From the NCBI GenBank assembly GCA_963514005.1, contig OY740809.1, positions 22,010,001 through 22,074,000 of the forward strand: a DNA stretch of 64,000 bases, written 5' to 3'. Shown here piece by piece: positions 11,713 to 25,033 of this stretch. Numbering within the stretch: position 1 is the stretch's first letter; every line of letters begins with the position of its first letter. The notes under the pieces were generated by a model. The model was not told the DNA's origin. It was given only the letters and a program-made list of their open reading frames with translations, and did no database searches. The stretch comes from Raja brachyura. Taxonomy: Eukaryota. The position numbers and the translations under genes are program-made.

Positions 11713-14318
11713 GTAGGGGCTCCACTCAGTTACACCCAGACGCGCCTCGGGACGGAGTTGTTCCTGGAAAACTTGATTTAAAAAAAAATTGAATATACTG
11801 TTCCTCAGGAATACAAATATAAATTTAATGTTATTTCCGACATTGCTCCGGGTATTTTAAATTAAAATAAACAATGGCCGCGCATGAATATGAGAAGTTT
11901 TCAATGAATTGATTAGTTCATCTGATTAGTTACTGACTCCGGTGTCCCTGTGGAAAGATCACATTTGACATGGAAGGAGCCGGTAGCATTGTCTGCAAGC
12001 GCTGAAACGATGTTCATACCAGCTCGCCAGTGCGAAAAGATATCCTGCTCTAACACATCCAATCCCGCCAATTATTATTACACGAGTGCACTAGAAAACA
12101 GTGCAGTCGGTGCATTTTGTTTTCCGAATTTGCGTTTTATCCTCAACCTATTCATATCTGGACGTTTTGTTTCCTTTTGTAAATTGATTTCCAAATCAAC
12201 TGTTTTTGCAGATTAATAAATGTATCGTTATTACACGATAAATGTTTTCAAATAAAATCTGCGTAGGTGAGATTGTATTTGAGAGAGAGAGAGCCAGGGA
12301 AGGTGTAACGTAATATGTAGCACTGTTGACAACAACACCGTGGCTTGGAGAGAAAAATAAACTTAGTAAAACGAGTTAACTTAAACCAAGAAAAAGTGAC
12401 GTTTTATTAATAGGGTAGGCTCATAATTGTCACAATTTGGGGTGCGCCCCTTTGTTGTCTCCCCTCCACCTCCCCACCCCACCCCACCCACCCCAACCCT
12501 TTGTTCCCATCTGTGTGTAGGGTGGGTATGGGTTATTGGTTTGTATTTTAACTATGGCTGGGCGATCATTGCACAAAGTGACAGGTTTCACTAAAAAGCG
12601 TTGAGCTTGGATGCCGCATCCAGCCAAACCTATAGCAACTCCTCCACTCAATACCCCACACAACACATTACAGGGCACTTATGTCCATTTGGTCGCGTGA
12701 ATGGCAAATCGCGTTGTACAGTTTTAGATCCAGTTATTTATGATGGTGGCTGCCTTTTCCGATAATTCCGGTGATGCCAGGATGTTCAAAACGAAAGTGA
12801 CAACCCCAATGGCTCATCCTATATGTTTTAGACACCCAGCAAGGCGCACAATGATGTGGTTCTGGTGATTAAAATGTTACAGTTTTTTTTGCACTTTTAA
12901 TTTCGCCGATTAAAAGCAAAACGTCTCTGAATTAAAATATAAATCCAAATAATACGTTGAATAACAAAATTCGGTTTCCGCCTTTATTCAAGTTAAACTT
13001 AAACACAACAATAATTTATTAATATAATACACGAAAGATTTTAAGCCAGAGCTCTCCGTTTGAATTCGTTCTGGGCGGATGAATTGCCTCAAATAAAATC
13101 AAGAACGATTTAAGCTGAACACATCACGGTGTCCCATACTGTCGCTCCCTGGACTCTAGTCCTGAAGAGTTCTGTACAGCTTGGTCTCGGTGGACTGTTC
13201 CACCGAATAGCTTTTCTAATTATAGGCTTTGTAAACACAACTCGGCGCGTTGGACGTGTGTGCAGTGTTTAACGAAAAAAACCAGAATGGCAAACAAAAA
13301 ATCGAGGGGATTAGTCTGCCGTTTGTTCATTCGCAGAAAAGAAAGACCATCGTTCTCAAAGTGGCCGTTTTACATGGAGTGTGGCCACTTTGTGGAAAAA
13401 TGCCCTGTTTGGGCAACTTTTCCCTGTTATTTACAGAACGTTTCTGTAATCATTTTACAACCGGGTGAAAAACGATAAATGCTTTTCTTTCTCTTTGGCT
13501 GAATCTGTTCGGTCTCAATCCCTAGATACAAACTGTGCGCCGAACTAATGCAGCTCCTCGTTGTATTTCATTATGCGACATTATTTTTGTGAGGGGATTT
13601 TTACTTTTGTTATACCAGTTCAGAATTCAGTTTTATATATATTTAGGGATGTGGATCAAAGAAAATAGAGGGAGTGAGTAAACGAACAAGATTTTTTAAA
13701 GTTTCAGAATTGGCATTATAAAACCTAACCTCACCCTTACTTTTTATTGGTTGATGGCATTAAAAATATAAATTTTCCGTCCCTATCGCCTTCAAATCCA
13801 CAGTCCATCGCCCCACCAAAATCCCGGAAGCTAAAAGTTGATTATATTACAGGTAACATACCACCGGCCAATTATCCTACAAGTGGATTTCTACCTAATG
13901 CGATGAGGAATAAGATACATAATCAACGCGATGTTTTGCAGATGTCAGTTTGAATTGCATTCTGGATTTATTAAAGAATGATCTGTTTAATTTTATCTGG
14001 ATTCAACGATGACGTGGCCAAGGTTTAAAACCGTGTCATAGATAGAACGGTGGCAACATGGGAAATTAAGATATTTTGATGTTCCCAAAAGTTTATAATT
14101 GAAAGGGGTAATTCTGTCAACAAGGTAACCTGATATGTAACGATCAGTCTTTTATAGAAGTGAGTTCACCGCTAATCAAGTTTGAGGGTGTCTGCTACCG
14201 GGAGTATTATTAGTGCTGTCTCTGCGGGGTGTTTTGGTGTGTAATTCATATTGCACCAGAACCAGGTGCACTGTCTTAACGCGAAAAGAGGTTGGAGAGC
14301 AGCACTTCAATTCCAGGT

Positions 14319-14526
14319 AGACACAAAAAACTAGAGTAACTCAGCGGGACAGGCAGCATCTCTGGAGACAAGGAATGGGTGACGTTTCTGGCCGAGACTG
14401 TTCTTCAGTCTCGACCCGAAACGTCACCCGTTCCTTCTCTCCAGAGATGCTGCCTGTCCCGCTGAGTAACTCCAGCTCTTCGTGTCAATCTTCGGTTTAA
14501 ACCAGCATCTGCAGTTCCTTCTTACA
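14319..14526. mobile_element. Fold-back (inverted two-arm) copy of the hammerhead-motif repeat with 16-bp TSD
   Basis: Arms of about 80 bp (14319-14400 and 14408-14490) are reverse complements; flanked by cacttcaattccaggt (14303-14318) and cacttccattccaggt (14527-14542). Confidence 0.85.
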
Positions 14527-17385
14527 CACTTCCATTCCAGGTGTCAGTTTAATGAGAAACGGCCTGTCACTCGCACAAAGTTTCTGCCCCTGGTAAATAA
14601 TTATTTCCAGAATAACAGTTATCTAATTTTGAAATACTGAAATTCCCACCGAAAGAATGTGTTTTAATAATGAAATTACCGGCTGCCGTTTCTCATTTAA
14701 CCGTCACGCTAATCATGACATCATAGGTACTGATGCCCCGGTAATATTTTCCATATATTTTAACATCAAGTCCTGATCACAGTCTTTGAATATTATATCA
14801 TCTGTTTAAATGTTCCTCAATAAACGAAATAATTTACCAGAGAAACATCAATTATCATGTTAGCTTCTTAGCGAAGGAAATAGAGCCAACTAGAAGTAGA
14901 AACACCGTGTAATCTGGTTATATAACAAGGGAAGTGTAATGACACACTGCCTTCAGAACACAGACTCTTGAAGGACACGGGAACACCAGGGACACATTGT
15001 AAATCCTCACAACAGATACAACACAACCGACAACCAGCTGGAAGTGAAGCTAATTGCTAAGAATCCGTGGAATGCTCGCCCTAGCTTTGTTTTTACTAAC
15101 TTTTATTGGGAGGCGCAGATAGTACAAGACGAGACTCCAGCTATACTTTTGCAGAAAACAAATCTTCACTTCGTTGAACTTTAATTTATTGTCACCCCAC
15201 CCTATCCCCGCCCCCTCCTCCCAATGTCACAGGCTGCAACGTCACATGTCCCCCAAATCTATGATTTTCGACAGCTTTATATTTATCCCGTCATATTTAA
15301 TCCAAATGTTAATTTTAATGCTAAATTTAGCATTAACATTGAATGCATTTAATGGCTCAAAAATTTCTCAAATGTTCTGCCATCACGTCACATCCCCTCC
15401 CCGAATGACCCAGGACCATATTTTAACTATTCGCTATCACATTAGCCCGAATATCAAATCCCTTTAATTCTACATAATCGCAGAATCTCACCTTCTCTTA
15501 AAATTATATAACTCCGAATAAGCAAAAAAAGGGGAACATTCATTTAATATCCCGACAGGAGAGAACGGTAGCTTTATACTTCACAGATGAAGGTTTGGAA
15601 ACTGATGTTCGTTGTAGTATTTCTTGCGACACCTTTTCCAAATTCTGAAATTGCTGTGCGCGTGAGAGTGTAAAATGCCAAACGGAAGTCTATATCATCG
15701 CATTTAAATTAGAAAGCGAAGAAACCGCCAAAGACCAGTCCAATGGTAGCAACTTACTGAACGGAGATATGTAATGAAGTGCCAACTTGACTTGCATTGT
15801 CGCCTATTTAAAACTGCGCAGAGTGCTAGGAAGATTGGCTTTAGAATTATTAGAGGACGCGAAATTGGGAGAGCAAATGACATTGATCAGGATGACGTGA
15901 TCGGACTCTTCGGATACCTTTAGGTTTTGAATAGGATAAACATTCTGAGTAAAAGTTCTCTCCGAGTCCGAGGATGATCATTCACCCTTGATATAAACCG
16001 ATAAAGTGATCACAGCCGAGTGTTTACTGCTAGCAACGGGACCTTGAGGACTTCCGTAATTTCAATTTAGCATTGACCGTAACTCTCCCTAATTTAAAGC
16101 TATAATGCAAAAAGGACATGATCCGCGCAGTATAATTTATTCTTATCAGTTTCGGTAATTATACTTGCACGGCGCTTGTAAGCGATATATTTCCTCTGCC
16201 GTTTGTTTTTAAATTTACATTGAGATTAAAACAAATACCATATTTCTCAAAACAGCATGAATCAATACAATTTAACTTACAGAACTGAGATAAAAGCAAT
16301 CTCACAAATTGCTAATATATTTTCAGAATAGTAAGTTTAGTTTGAATTTTACTCTTCCTGCTAATTAGCATAAAGTAAGAAATTAACAATATTGACAAAA
16401 TATATTCGATTAATTTTGTTCTAAATCATACTTCAATTTACTTCTATAACAAACTATATGTTGCCCTCCCCCCCCCCCCCCCCCGACTGCTGAGGACCTA
16501 ACGCACTTGTATTAATGTGCATTAATCCCGAGCCTACTGCTCGATGACCGCAAAATAGCGAATGTAGTACATTTGATCTGAGCAGGAAGCTGGTGGAATT
16601 TTGTGAGGCGCTTTCCTGATATCGGTCTTTCTGTTAATCCAAGGTCAATCCCTATTTCTGCCGTGTAGCATGAAATCCATTATGAAATGTTTGTTTTTCG
16701 ACTGTGAGTGTAAATAGCAAAGTCGACACATCGAGATCCCAGTTCCATCAAAGGGGGTTTGAAGCGATAACGGCACCAGCAATTCCCCCAGAAAAAAGAT
16801 GAACGTGGCAGTGGGTTCATATTAAAACGATAGCCCGGATATGTTTGCAGAAACACGGAATACCAACTTCCATTTCAAACTTATGCTCACTTCAATAGCA
16901 AACAATAATCAAGAGGTTTGCAATTCGTGTACAGTAAGCTCTCTGTTCGACGCGACAACTCAAAATAACCAAATCTAGTACTGAAGAATGGCCGGACATT
17001 CATAATGACGAGCAATTTCCACAGCGCGGTAAAGTGGTGTGTTGGGTGTATACTCCTACTCTTGTGAAAGAGCGCTCAAGAGCTCCTAACAGTCCAGAAA
17101 CAGCACGGCGAACTGCAATCAGTCAGACCACTTCTGTCAACATGTTTAGATGTAAATAGGATTTCCTGTTGATGATGATTATGTCGTATCACAGATGCTA
17201 TAGCTTAATTCCCAAAGTGACCATAAACAACCAGGACATATGGAGCTAATTCTGGTGCCTTATAACACAGATCTGTTTGCATGATGGGTACTATGCGGTG
17301 AAGTTCTTTTAACCCTTTATGGCACTCGCTGCCAATTGCACTTAAAAATATATATATTAGTAGACCCAAGAACTGGGCTTGAGGC

Positions 17386-17416
<31 letters not shown>

Positions 17417-19175
17417 GGGGCTTAGACCGGTATTCTAAATTATATTAGGCAGTACATGATATTCATGGATACATCAGATAAGATAGCCACGTATGCCTCT
17501 TTTTTGTCCCTATGTAAAAAGACCAGGCTGAAAGCACGAAAAGTACGACAAAGATCCAAATTTTCATTCCATATCCCTTACGGTTTATTGTTTAATGAGG
17601 TAAGCTAACAGTTTTATCGCTCAGCTTTTTGTTTCTGATAACGATATGATTGCTGATCAGAATTTAACATTGGGATTTGAGAGAAAAAGAGGAGCGGTTG
17701 TTGTGAGGCCATATCCAGATTAAGTAATCACTAAGTATGTTTGACTCTGCGAATCAAGCATTCTTATCTATCCACAATGAATAGCTTGAAACATGGGAAA
17801 CCATTCGGATTCAGGATTGGGACTTATATATTTCAACCATATTAAAGTTTGACCCAACTTTCTTGTCAGGACTGAGAGTTGATCAGGTTTGACGTCAGCC
17901 GAAATGCCACTTTAAGCGCACATGCGTGTACTTATTTCCGCAAAATGAATGCTCTGGTCGCAGCAATTAAAAGTCAGTTGTGCTTCACTTGTTCGCCTCA
18001 TTTAATAATTATTTGCTACGAACAAATTAAAGTATCCAATCTGACTTCACATTCCTTAAATATTGTTGGAATCAGATCTGTAATAATTAATTTGAAAGAC
18101 TTTCCCTTTTCTATTTGGAAACGCTTACCAATATTCCTTGGTGATTTATTTTGAAACAAAAAAACAAGCTGTAATTACTTCGTGGATTAGGGATAGAATC
18201 ATAGCATCGTGTAATACCATCGTGTACATTTCCGAATCATAGTCCCCACTGCACTAGTCACAAAAAAATGTCTGACCCTTCAAATAATTTAAAATCAGAC
18301 GTACAAAAATGAGTCAAGATCCCCATACAACATAACATTTTTAACACCAACTGTCCTGTGTACTAAGTATTCTCAACATTGCGATGCAGTATATACAACC
18401 GTGCGCGTCCCTACTGTTAAAGAGTTTTATATTGACATCAATATAAATGACGAGCCCTCCATTCATATCGGCATTCTGGAATATATCTAAACCGCAACGT
18501 GCCAAATAAATTGGAGCGACCTTTTCCCATTCATTATAACTTCTTGTCCTTAACAAGTATCAATTTTGACGTGCTCTTATTTAGAGAAAAATAGTAAGAT
18601 GCATTTGTAAACGGATCCTTTGCCCAGATTCAAAGTAAGCGACTGTCAAAATACTTTAATCGGTTTCCCCGGCTGCACAACAAGAAAGTAAAACCATTGG
18701 ACAGATGAACAATAAACAGTTAGGAACATATCGGGGAAATAAATGCCTGTAGGTAGTTTTGAACTTTCCTCGCTGAATGTATCCTAAACTGTCTTTCGAT
18801 TCTTGATTGCACTGAAGTCACTCGCAGTTGTGCAAAGATTTGCATTGTCTGTTACTTTTATTTGGGGGTGGAACGGGGGGGGGGGGGGGGGGGGGCGGTG
18901 ATCCGAGGCGAAAGATGGCATTGTGAAGCCTCAGGCGCAAAAACGCACGTGAACTTTAGTTGAAGTTGGCGGGTCCGGGCACAGAAAAACACGCAATGAT
19001 TCTTGAAGAAAAGTGGACAAAATGGAAAGAAAGGGACACGCCTCAATTACACAGATAATATCCAGAGCGAAGTGCAAAATGGGGACAATAAGTGGTAAAA
19101 TTAGGCAATACATTTTTCACTGATTTAGAATGCTTTCACACGTGGGTCAGTTTCTCATCAATTCGGGTGCATAGG

Positions 19176-19290
19176 TGCGAGGGGGAGCGAGGGAGAAGGA
19201 GAGAGAGGGATAGAGAGAGGGGGGGGGGAGAGGAAGGGGAAGAGAGAGATGGAGAGAAGGAGGGAGAGAGAGAGAGAGAGAGATATAGAG
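19176..19290. repeat. GA-rich low-complexity tract just upstream of exon 3
   Basis: Direct reading. Confidence 0.85.
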
Positions 19291-19343
19291 ATTGTCATTG
19301 CAATAAGGAAGTTAAATAAACGATTCGTTTCTTCCCCCTTCAG

Positions 19344-19404
19344 GCCGTGGATGATAACGGAAGCCCTGGGATGAATTTATTGGACCAGTCTGTAATCAAA
19401 AAAG
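19344..19404 (+). CDS. tfap2e: AP-2 transcription factor, exon 3 (AVDDNGSPGMNLLDQSVIKK)
   Basis: Acceptor cccccttcag, 61 nt, donor gtaaac; GMNLLDQSVIKK is the TFAP2B/E exon 3 signature; phase 0/1; not in the ORF track. Confidence 0.93.
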
Positions 19405-21484
19405 GTAAACGACTTCGCCTGCACTGTTCTAACTGAAATAAATGGAACTGATTGTTCGTGTACCTGTCTTATGAGATATATATTCTAGCAAATGGAAAGC
19501 TATCACATAGCAAACATATTAAGTTTTCCACCATATTACGAAGTGAAAATTTAGACTCATAGGCACACCGACTGTGGAAAATATATGCTTGACCAGAAAT
19601 CAATTTACAAAGTCACTCATTTTCGTCAATGTTAACGGCATTGGTTATTTTTTATGGTAAGCCGACTCCTGGGATATGGCAGAGTATTAATATTTGAGAT
19701 AGATCTGTTTCAATACACTTGTTTGAAGAGATTTGCGCTTAAAAGCGTTTAGAAAACAAAAATAATAATGATAATATTTCTATTTCCTTTGCTGTAAATT
19801 CGTGAAAGGTGATGGATAAGCATATTGAAGTTTTTTTAAAGAACATTTTGTACGTGGGAGGTTGCCCGATTAGCCATGCAGCAGCTGAGAGCTTGTTGCA
19901 TGCGGGCAATGAGTCACATTCCGCAAGCTCCAGTTGTTTTATATTTTGTACAAATCTGAAGGCTGTTTAGAAATTATTTGCAATGCTCACAGTTACTTGC
20001 TAATAACAGACTTGGAATGGTTTGCTATTTTAGTGCATAGAATATTGAGGAACGCTAACATTACATATCCTAATTAAAACTGCCAGAGAAATGATCATAA
20101 TTTTAAAAAATGTGTTTATAAAAGTAATCTCCGAGGTCTGAGAATGTCTGTGGTTCGAATAATAATGAAGAGGATTTACATAGCATACATAGGACAAAAA
20201 CCGGCTACTTGTCCCAATCAGGTTAAACTGGTCCTTATGCGACATTCTAACAGTCCCCGCCTTTTGATCTGAACTATTTACCATCAGCTACTTACTCGGC
20301 TCCTCCCTAAATGCAACTAATTTATGTGAGGTAGTAAATTCCTCATTCTTTTCAGACTCCGAAAAAAGAGCAATGTACCAAATTCTCCAATTCATCTTTC
20401 GACAACAAATTTAAACAGACGGGTTTCACCTTTACGCCCTGCATCTAGCCCAGAAAAAAAAAAGTGTTCTATGTTATCATGGAGAGCAGATGCCGGGTTG
20501 TTGCTTTTATATGTTATGGATTTCTAATAGATTCAAGAAAAAGAAAACGTATATTATTATCGTTTCAAATAAAGTACAACGATTTTTTTCATCGTCGTAC
20601 CATGCTTGTAAATTTTTTATACCCTATATCAATTTCTATATCAATTTGCTATTTGAAGTGCTCACATTGCCGCACACCTGTGGACTAACAAGGAATTGTC
20701 AGAAGTCTCTACTTTTCAATTCCACCTTGTCTAGAAATAAACCCAACCACTACTTCTATTTTAACAACATAACCGATGGTGCTACCAATAGCATGTAGTA
20801 ACATATCTAGATTCTTATTTCCTAAGCAATATGTGTTCTTTTTATTCTTCTTAACAAAACGGAATGCCTTGCACAATTCTGCTTATTCATTTCCGATTAT
20901 TTCCTTATTCTATCACTTTATTCACGTTTCATAAATTGTTTCAGTCCTCCATCCCATTGATTGTTCCTTGTACCCAAAGTTGGTTCCATTAGCGAATTGA
21001 AAAGGTGTTCTTGATTTAAAAGTCTGGTTATTTAATAGACACTAATCTGTAGTAATCTCATATAAAAACAAACGTTTAGTCATCTTCCACCTCTTTGCTT
21101 CAGAACTAACAGTTCATTCACCTTCTTGTCACACACTCTTGGCTTTATTGTTGAATCTTATTTGGAAATCTAGACAAATTATATATACTACATTGTCCTT
21201 GTTGACCCCCCCCCCCCCCATCATTCTTTTGCATAAACCAGGATGAATGGTCAAGCAAATCTTTTCTTGTGGAATCTATTCTATATATTTTTCATATTTT
21301 CTCCGTCGATGGAGCTTGCCAATATTACGTGGCATTAATACTTCTCTGGATATTTCAATATTCTAATTTAAACATCTGGTATTACCCTATGTTTTCATGA
21401 ATCCTCTTGGATTAAAACCATGTAACAATATTAAATATTTAGGATCATTTCCTTAGGATCATTCATAATATTCTTGTGAAAGTA

Positions 21485-22417
21485 ACATTAACAAATTTGC
21501 AGATGACACGAAAGCTGAGTGGCAGTGTGAACAGTGAGGAGGATGCTATGAGGATGCAGGGTGCCTTGGGCAGGTTGGGTGAGTGGGCAGATGCATGGCA
21601 GATACAGTTTAAAGTGGATAAATGTGAGGTTCTCCACTTTGGTGGGAAAAACAGGAAGGCAGATTATTATCTGAATGGTGTCTAGTTGGGAATAGGGGAA
21701 GTACAACTAGATCTGGGGTCCTTGTTCATCACACACTGAAAGTAAGCATGCAGGTACAGCAGGCAGTGAAGAAAGTTAATGGCATGTTGGCCTTCATAAC
21801 AAGAGGAATTGAGTTAACAAGAGGTCCTTTTGCAATTGTACAGGGCCCTAGTGAGACCACACCTAGAGTTTTGTGTGCAGTTTTCGTCCCCAAATTTGAG
21901 GAAGGACATTCTTGCTAATGAGGGAGTGCAACGTAGGTTCACGAGGTTAATTCCCGGGATGGCGGGACTATCATATGTGGATAGAATGCAGCGGCTGGGC
22001 TTGTATATTCTGGAATTTAGGATGAGAGGGGATCTTATTGAAACCTTTAAGATTATTAAGGGATTGGACATGCTGGAGGCAGGAAACACGTTCCATTTGT
22101 TGGGGGAGTCAAGAACCAGGAGCCACCGTTTAAGAATAAGGGGTAGGCCATTTAAAACGGAGATGAGGAAACACTTTTTCACCCAGAGAGTTGTGAATGT
22201 GTGGAATTCTCTGCCTCAGAAGGCAATGGAGATCAATTATTTTGATGCTTTCAAAAGAGAGTTAGATAGAGCTCTTAAAGATAGCGGAGTCATGGAATAT
22301 GATGAGAAGGCAGGAACGGGGCACTGAATGTGGATGATCAGCCATGATCACAGTGAATGACGGTGCTGGCTCGAAGGGCCGAATGGCCTACTCCTGCACC
22401 TATTGTCTATTGACTAT
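21485..22417 (+). mobile_element. 5'-truncated CR1 LINE (RT C-terminal half plus 3' tail), relatively young
   Basis: KFADDTKL RT motif; LYRALVRPHLEFCVQF; RGDLIETFKIIKG; FFTQRVVNVWNSLP; tail ctattgtctattgactat; frameshifted. Confidence 0.95.
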
Positions 22418-23404
22418 ATAAAAAAAGAGATTTTAACCGTTGAGTTTCACAAGTTTATTTAACACTTCTCTCTTAAAAAAAACGTAATCTTAGTTGCTTT
22501 CTCTCCTTTGGAAATATCGTTATAGAGCAACCCCTTCATAATTATTAGACTTAATTTGTCATAACCACAGCCTGTCTGTACTATTGTCTTAGTCTCTTGA
22601 TATTTAACTTTTATTGCTCATGTTTGGCTTCCCAATTTTTTCCCTTCTCTCCAAAGTATTTCTATTCTTTCCCGCCATTTCCACTGCCGTCCATGTATTC
22701 GATGTTCAATTCCTGTCCCTATATTCATTGATAGCGTTTTATCAATTATTCTGTTCGTTCTTTAATCATATATGTTTCCACGACACAATTTCAATGCTTC
22801 CTATGACTCCTCTTCATCACCACTTGATAATTTTGGAATTTGGCAAGCTTGGCTTCAACGACCACCGGTCTCCGTAGTTGAAAATCAAACCGTGCTTATA
22901 ACTCGAATAGATTTATTCCAAAAGAGCCGGAAAATCGTGAATAAAACTGTGTCAGGAAATAAGCCGTTATGAGGCAGAGTTAGAACCTTGATACAACCGA
23001 TGTTTTCTTGGAAATGACGAGAGCGAATTAGAGATTGACCTGTGACCGGGGCATTATGAGTGAAAATGGAATAACTGACTGTGGAAGAGGCAGCCGACTT
23101 CATAACTCGCCAAGTTTCACAAGAAATTTTCTAAGGAGCTCAATGTATACGCTCTGCTAAATCTCGGAAAAGCCGATAAAGATGTTAAATTTGTTAACTT
23201 CAATATAAGTAATTCCTTCAGTCTTGTATACAAGTGTAACACTTTAGTTGGTCTTATAAATCAGTTTATAAACGGACTATGGAGATTTAGTGGACAGCAC
23301 ACAATGCAAGGAGAGTTATTCGAATTCATTTGATTTCATATAATGTGAACTGGAGTTTCAAAAAGCATGATTAAAGGAGGGACGATTTTATATACACATA
23401 TACA

Positions 23405-23408
<4 letters not shown>

Positions 23409-23490
<82 letters not shown>
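23409..23490. repeat. (TG)n microsatellite, about 40 units
   Basis: Direct reading. Confidence 0.97.
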
Positions 23491-23492
<2 letters not shown>

Positions 23493-24956
23493 CTGTGTGT
23501 AAACAGGCTGTAATATGTGTGTGTGTGTATATCTATATATATATCGGATTTAGTTTGCATAAAAAAGAAACTATTGTTATTTCCGATTACGCTGTAGAGA
23601 GAGCCAGTATAGATTCCGCGTAAATCCCATGCCTGCAACTAACAATTAAACCTCTTCAATACCAGACCCAACCAGATACATTTAGCTGGAGGTGTTTGAA
23701 CGTTACTGTTTTAATTAATTTAAAGTGCTCCGAAACTGAATAGACGTTAAAGCAGAGACAGGAAGGCGGTCTAGAATAGAAGCTCAGCACCGGCCCGACA
23801 ACATTTTGGCCGACTTTTAAAAGCAATAGAGTTTGATCGATTCCATATCTTCGTGCAAACGGATTAGAAATCGACGTGTAATTCGCTCCTTTCCGAACAA
23901 ATCTTTAAACCTCAAAAAAACATTTCGAAACGGCTTATACGCAGGCATTCCTCGCGGAGACGTTGATGGTCCTGTACCTGCCTCATTTATTTAATTCCGA
24001 AAATACGCGTAGAACGTCTCTAAAAGATCGGCGGAATCTATGTATAAGTCCAGCCAAGCTGTATGACAATATATTAAACGAATATTACTGATCTGTCGAT
24101 CATCCGCTGGGAGTTGATTTTTCCACATGTGGAAGCCACCTCAGCAGAATAGCTGGTTCATCTCCGCGCGTTTACTACTGAAATTCCCCTGGGGTTTGTA
24201 GGGTGCTGAGCTATGGCCGGCTCTTGGGAAGTAGCGCGCCCTAACATCATGCAGAGGGAGGGCGAGTGAGAGTGAGGGAGCGACAGATAGGGAGAGAGGG
24301 AGAGAGGGAGAGAGGGTGGGGGGTTAGTGGGAGGATGTTGGGGAATGGGAGCTTAAAAAACGAAGTATGTCACGTTAGAGCGAAACGCTGTCAGCTGGAG
24401 ATCAAGCGGCCACAGAAAAGGACAGGATGAGTCGGCAAGTCACATCAAAATGAAAATACGAATGTGCGAGAAGCCAGCAAACCAGCAGTGACTGGGGGAA
24501 GAGTGGCGGCGGATGATAGATGGATGTTCATTAACCCTCTCCTGGGCTCGTTTAGTTCTCATTTCTGCTATTAGCCCCCGCTGAGCTATTACAGCCTTAG
24601 ACAAGCGGCCGCTGCGCGGGTCCCAACGTCTCAGCTCGCCTGGGATATTACAGTCTGTTAAATACTCTGCTGCAACCACTCTCAGGTTGTGTCCTGTTCC
24701 CGTGGTCGCTCTCTCTGGTCAAACGCCGGTAAGCTTTGCTCGGCAGCCGGCCGAACGACCGAGTACCTCTGTACTTTAGAAAATTCTCGCTTTTAAATGG
24801 GCAGGTTCACTTTTCACATCATCATTTAATACAATAAACAGAGATGACATCTACCCTCCTTCATAGCTGAGCTGTTGTCCGAGTGCTATTTCTTTTACGC
24901 TTCTTTGCGCTTCTTTTACGACAGATAGATTATTGGCCTGACGTTAAGTTTCATAC

Positions 24957-25033
24957 GGTAGACAAAAAATGCTGGAGAAACTCAGCGGGCGAGGCAGCAT
25001 CAATGGAGAGAAGGAATAGGCCCTTCCTCAGAC
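24957..25033 (-). mobile_element. Hammerhead-motif repeat arm with internal deletion, 12-bp TSD
   Basis: Family arm gctggagaaactcagcggg..gcagcat; TSD taagtttcatac at 24945-24956 and 25034-25045. Confidence 0.8.

Noticed and set aside
14319-14526. Classical MITE or pre-miRNA reading of the long hairpin
   Set aside because: Single-arm copies exist, TSDs are long and variable, and the arms are a high-copy repeat
21830-22327. 165-aa ORF as a host gene
   Set aside because: It is the C-terminus of CR1 ORF2 in a truncated, frameshifted copy
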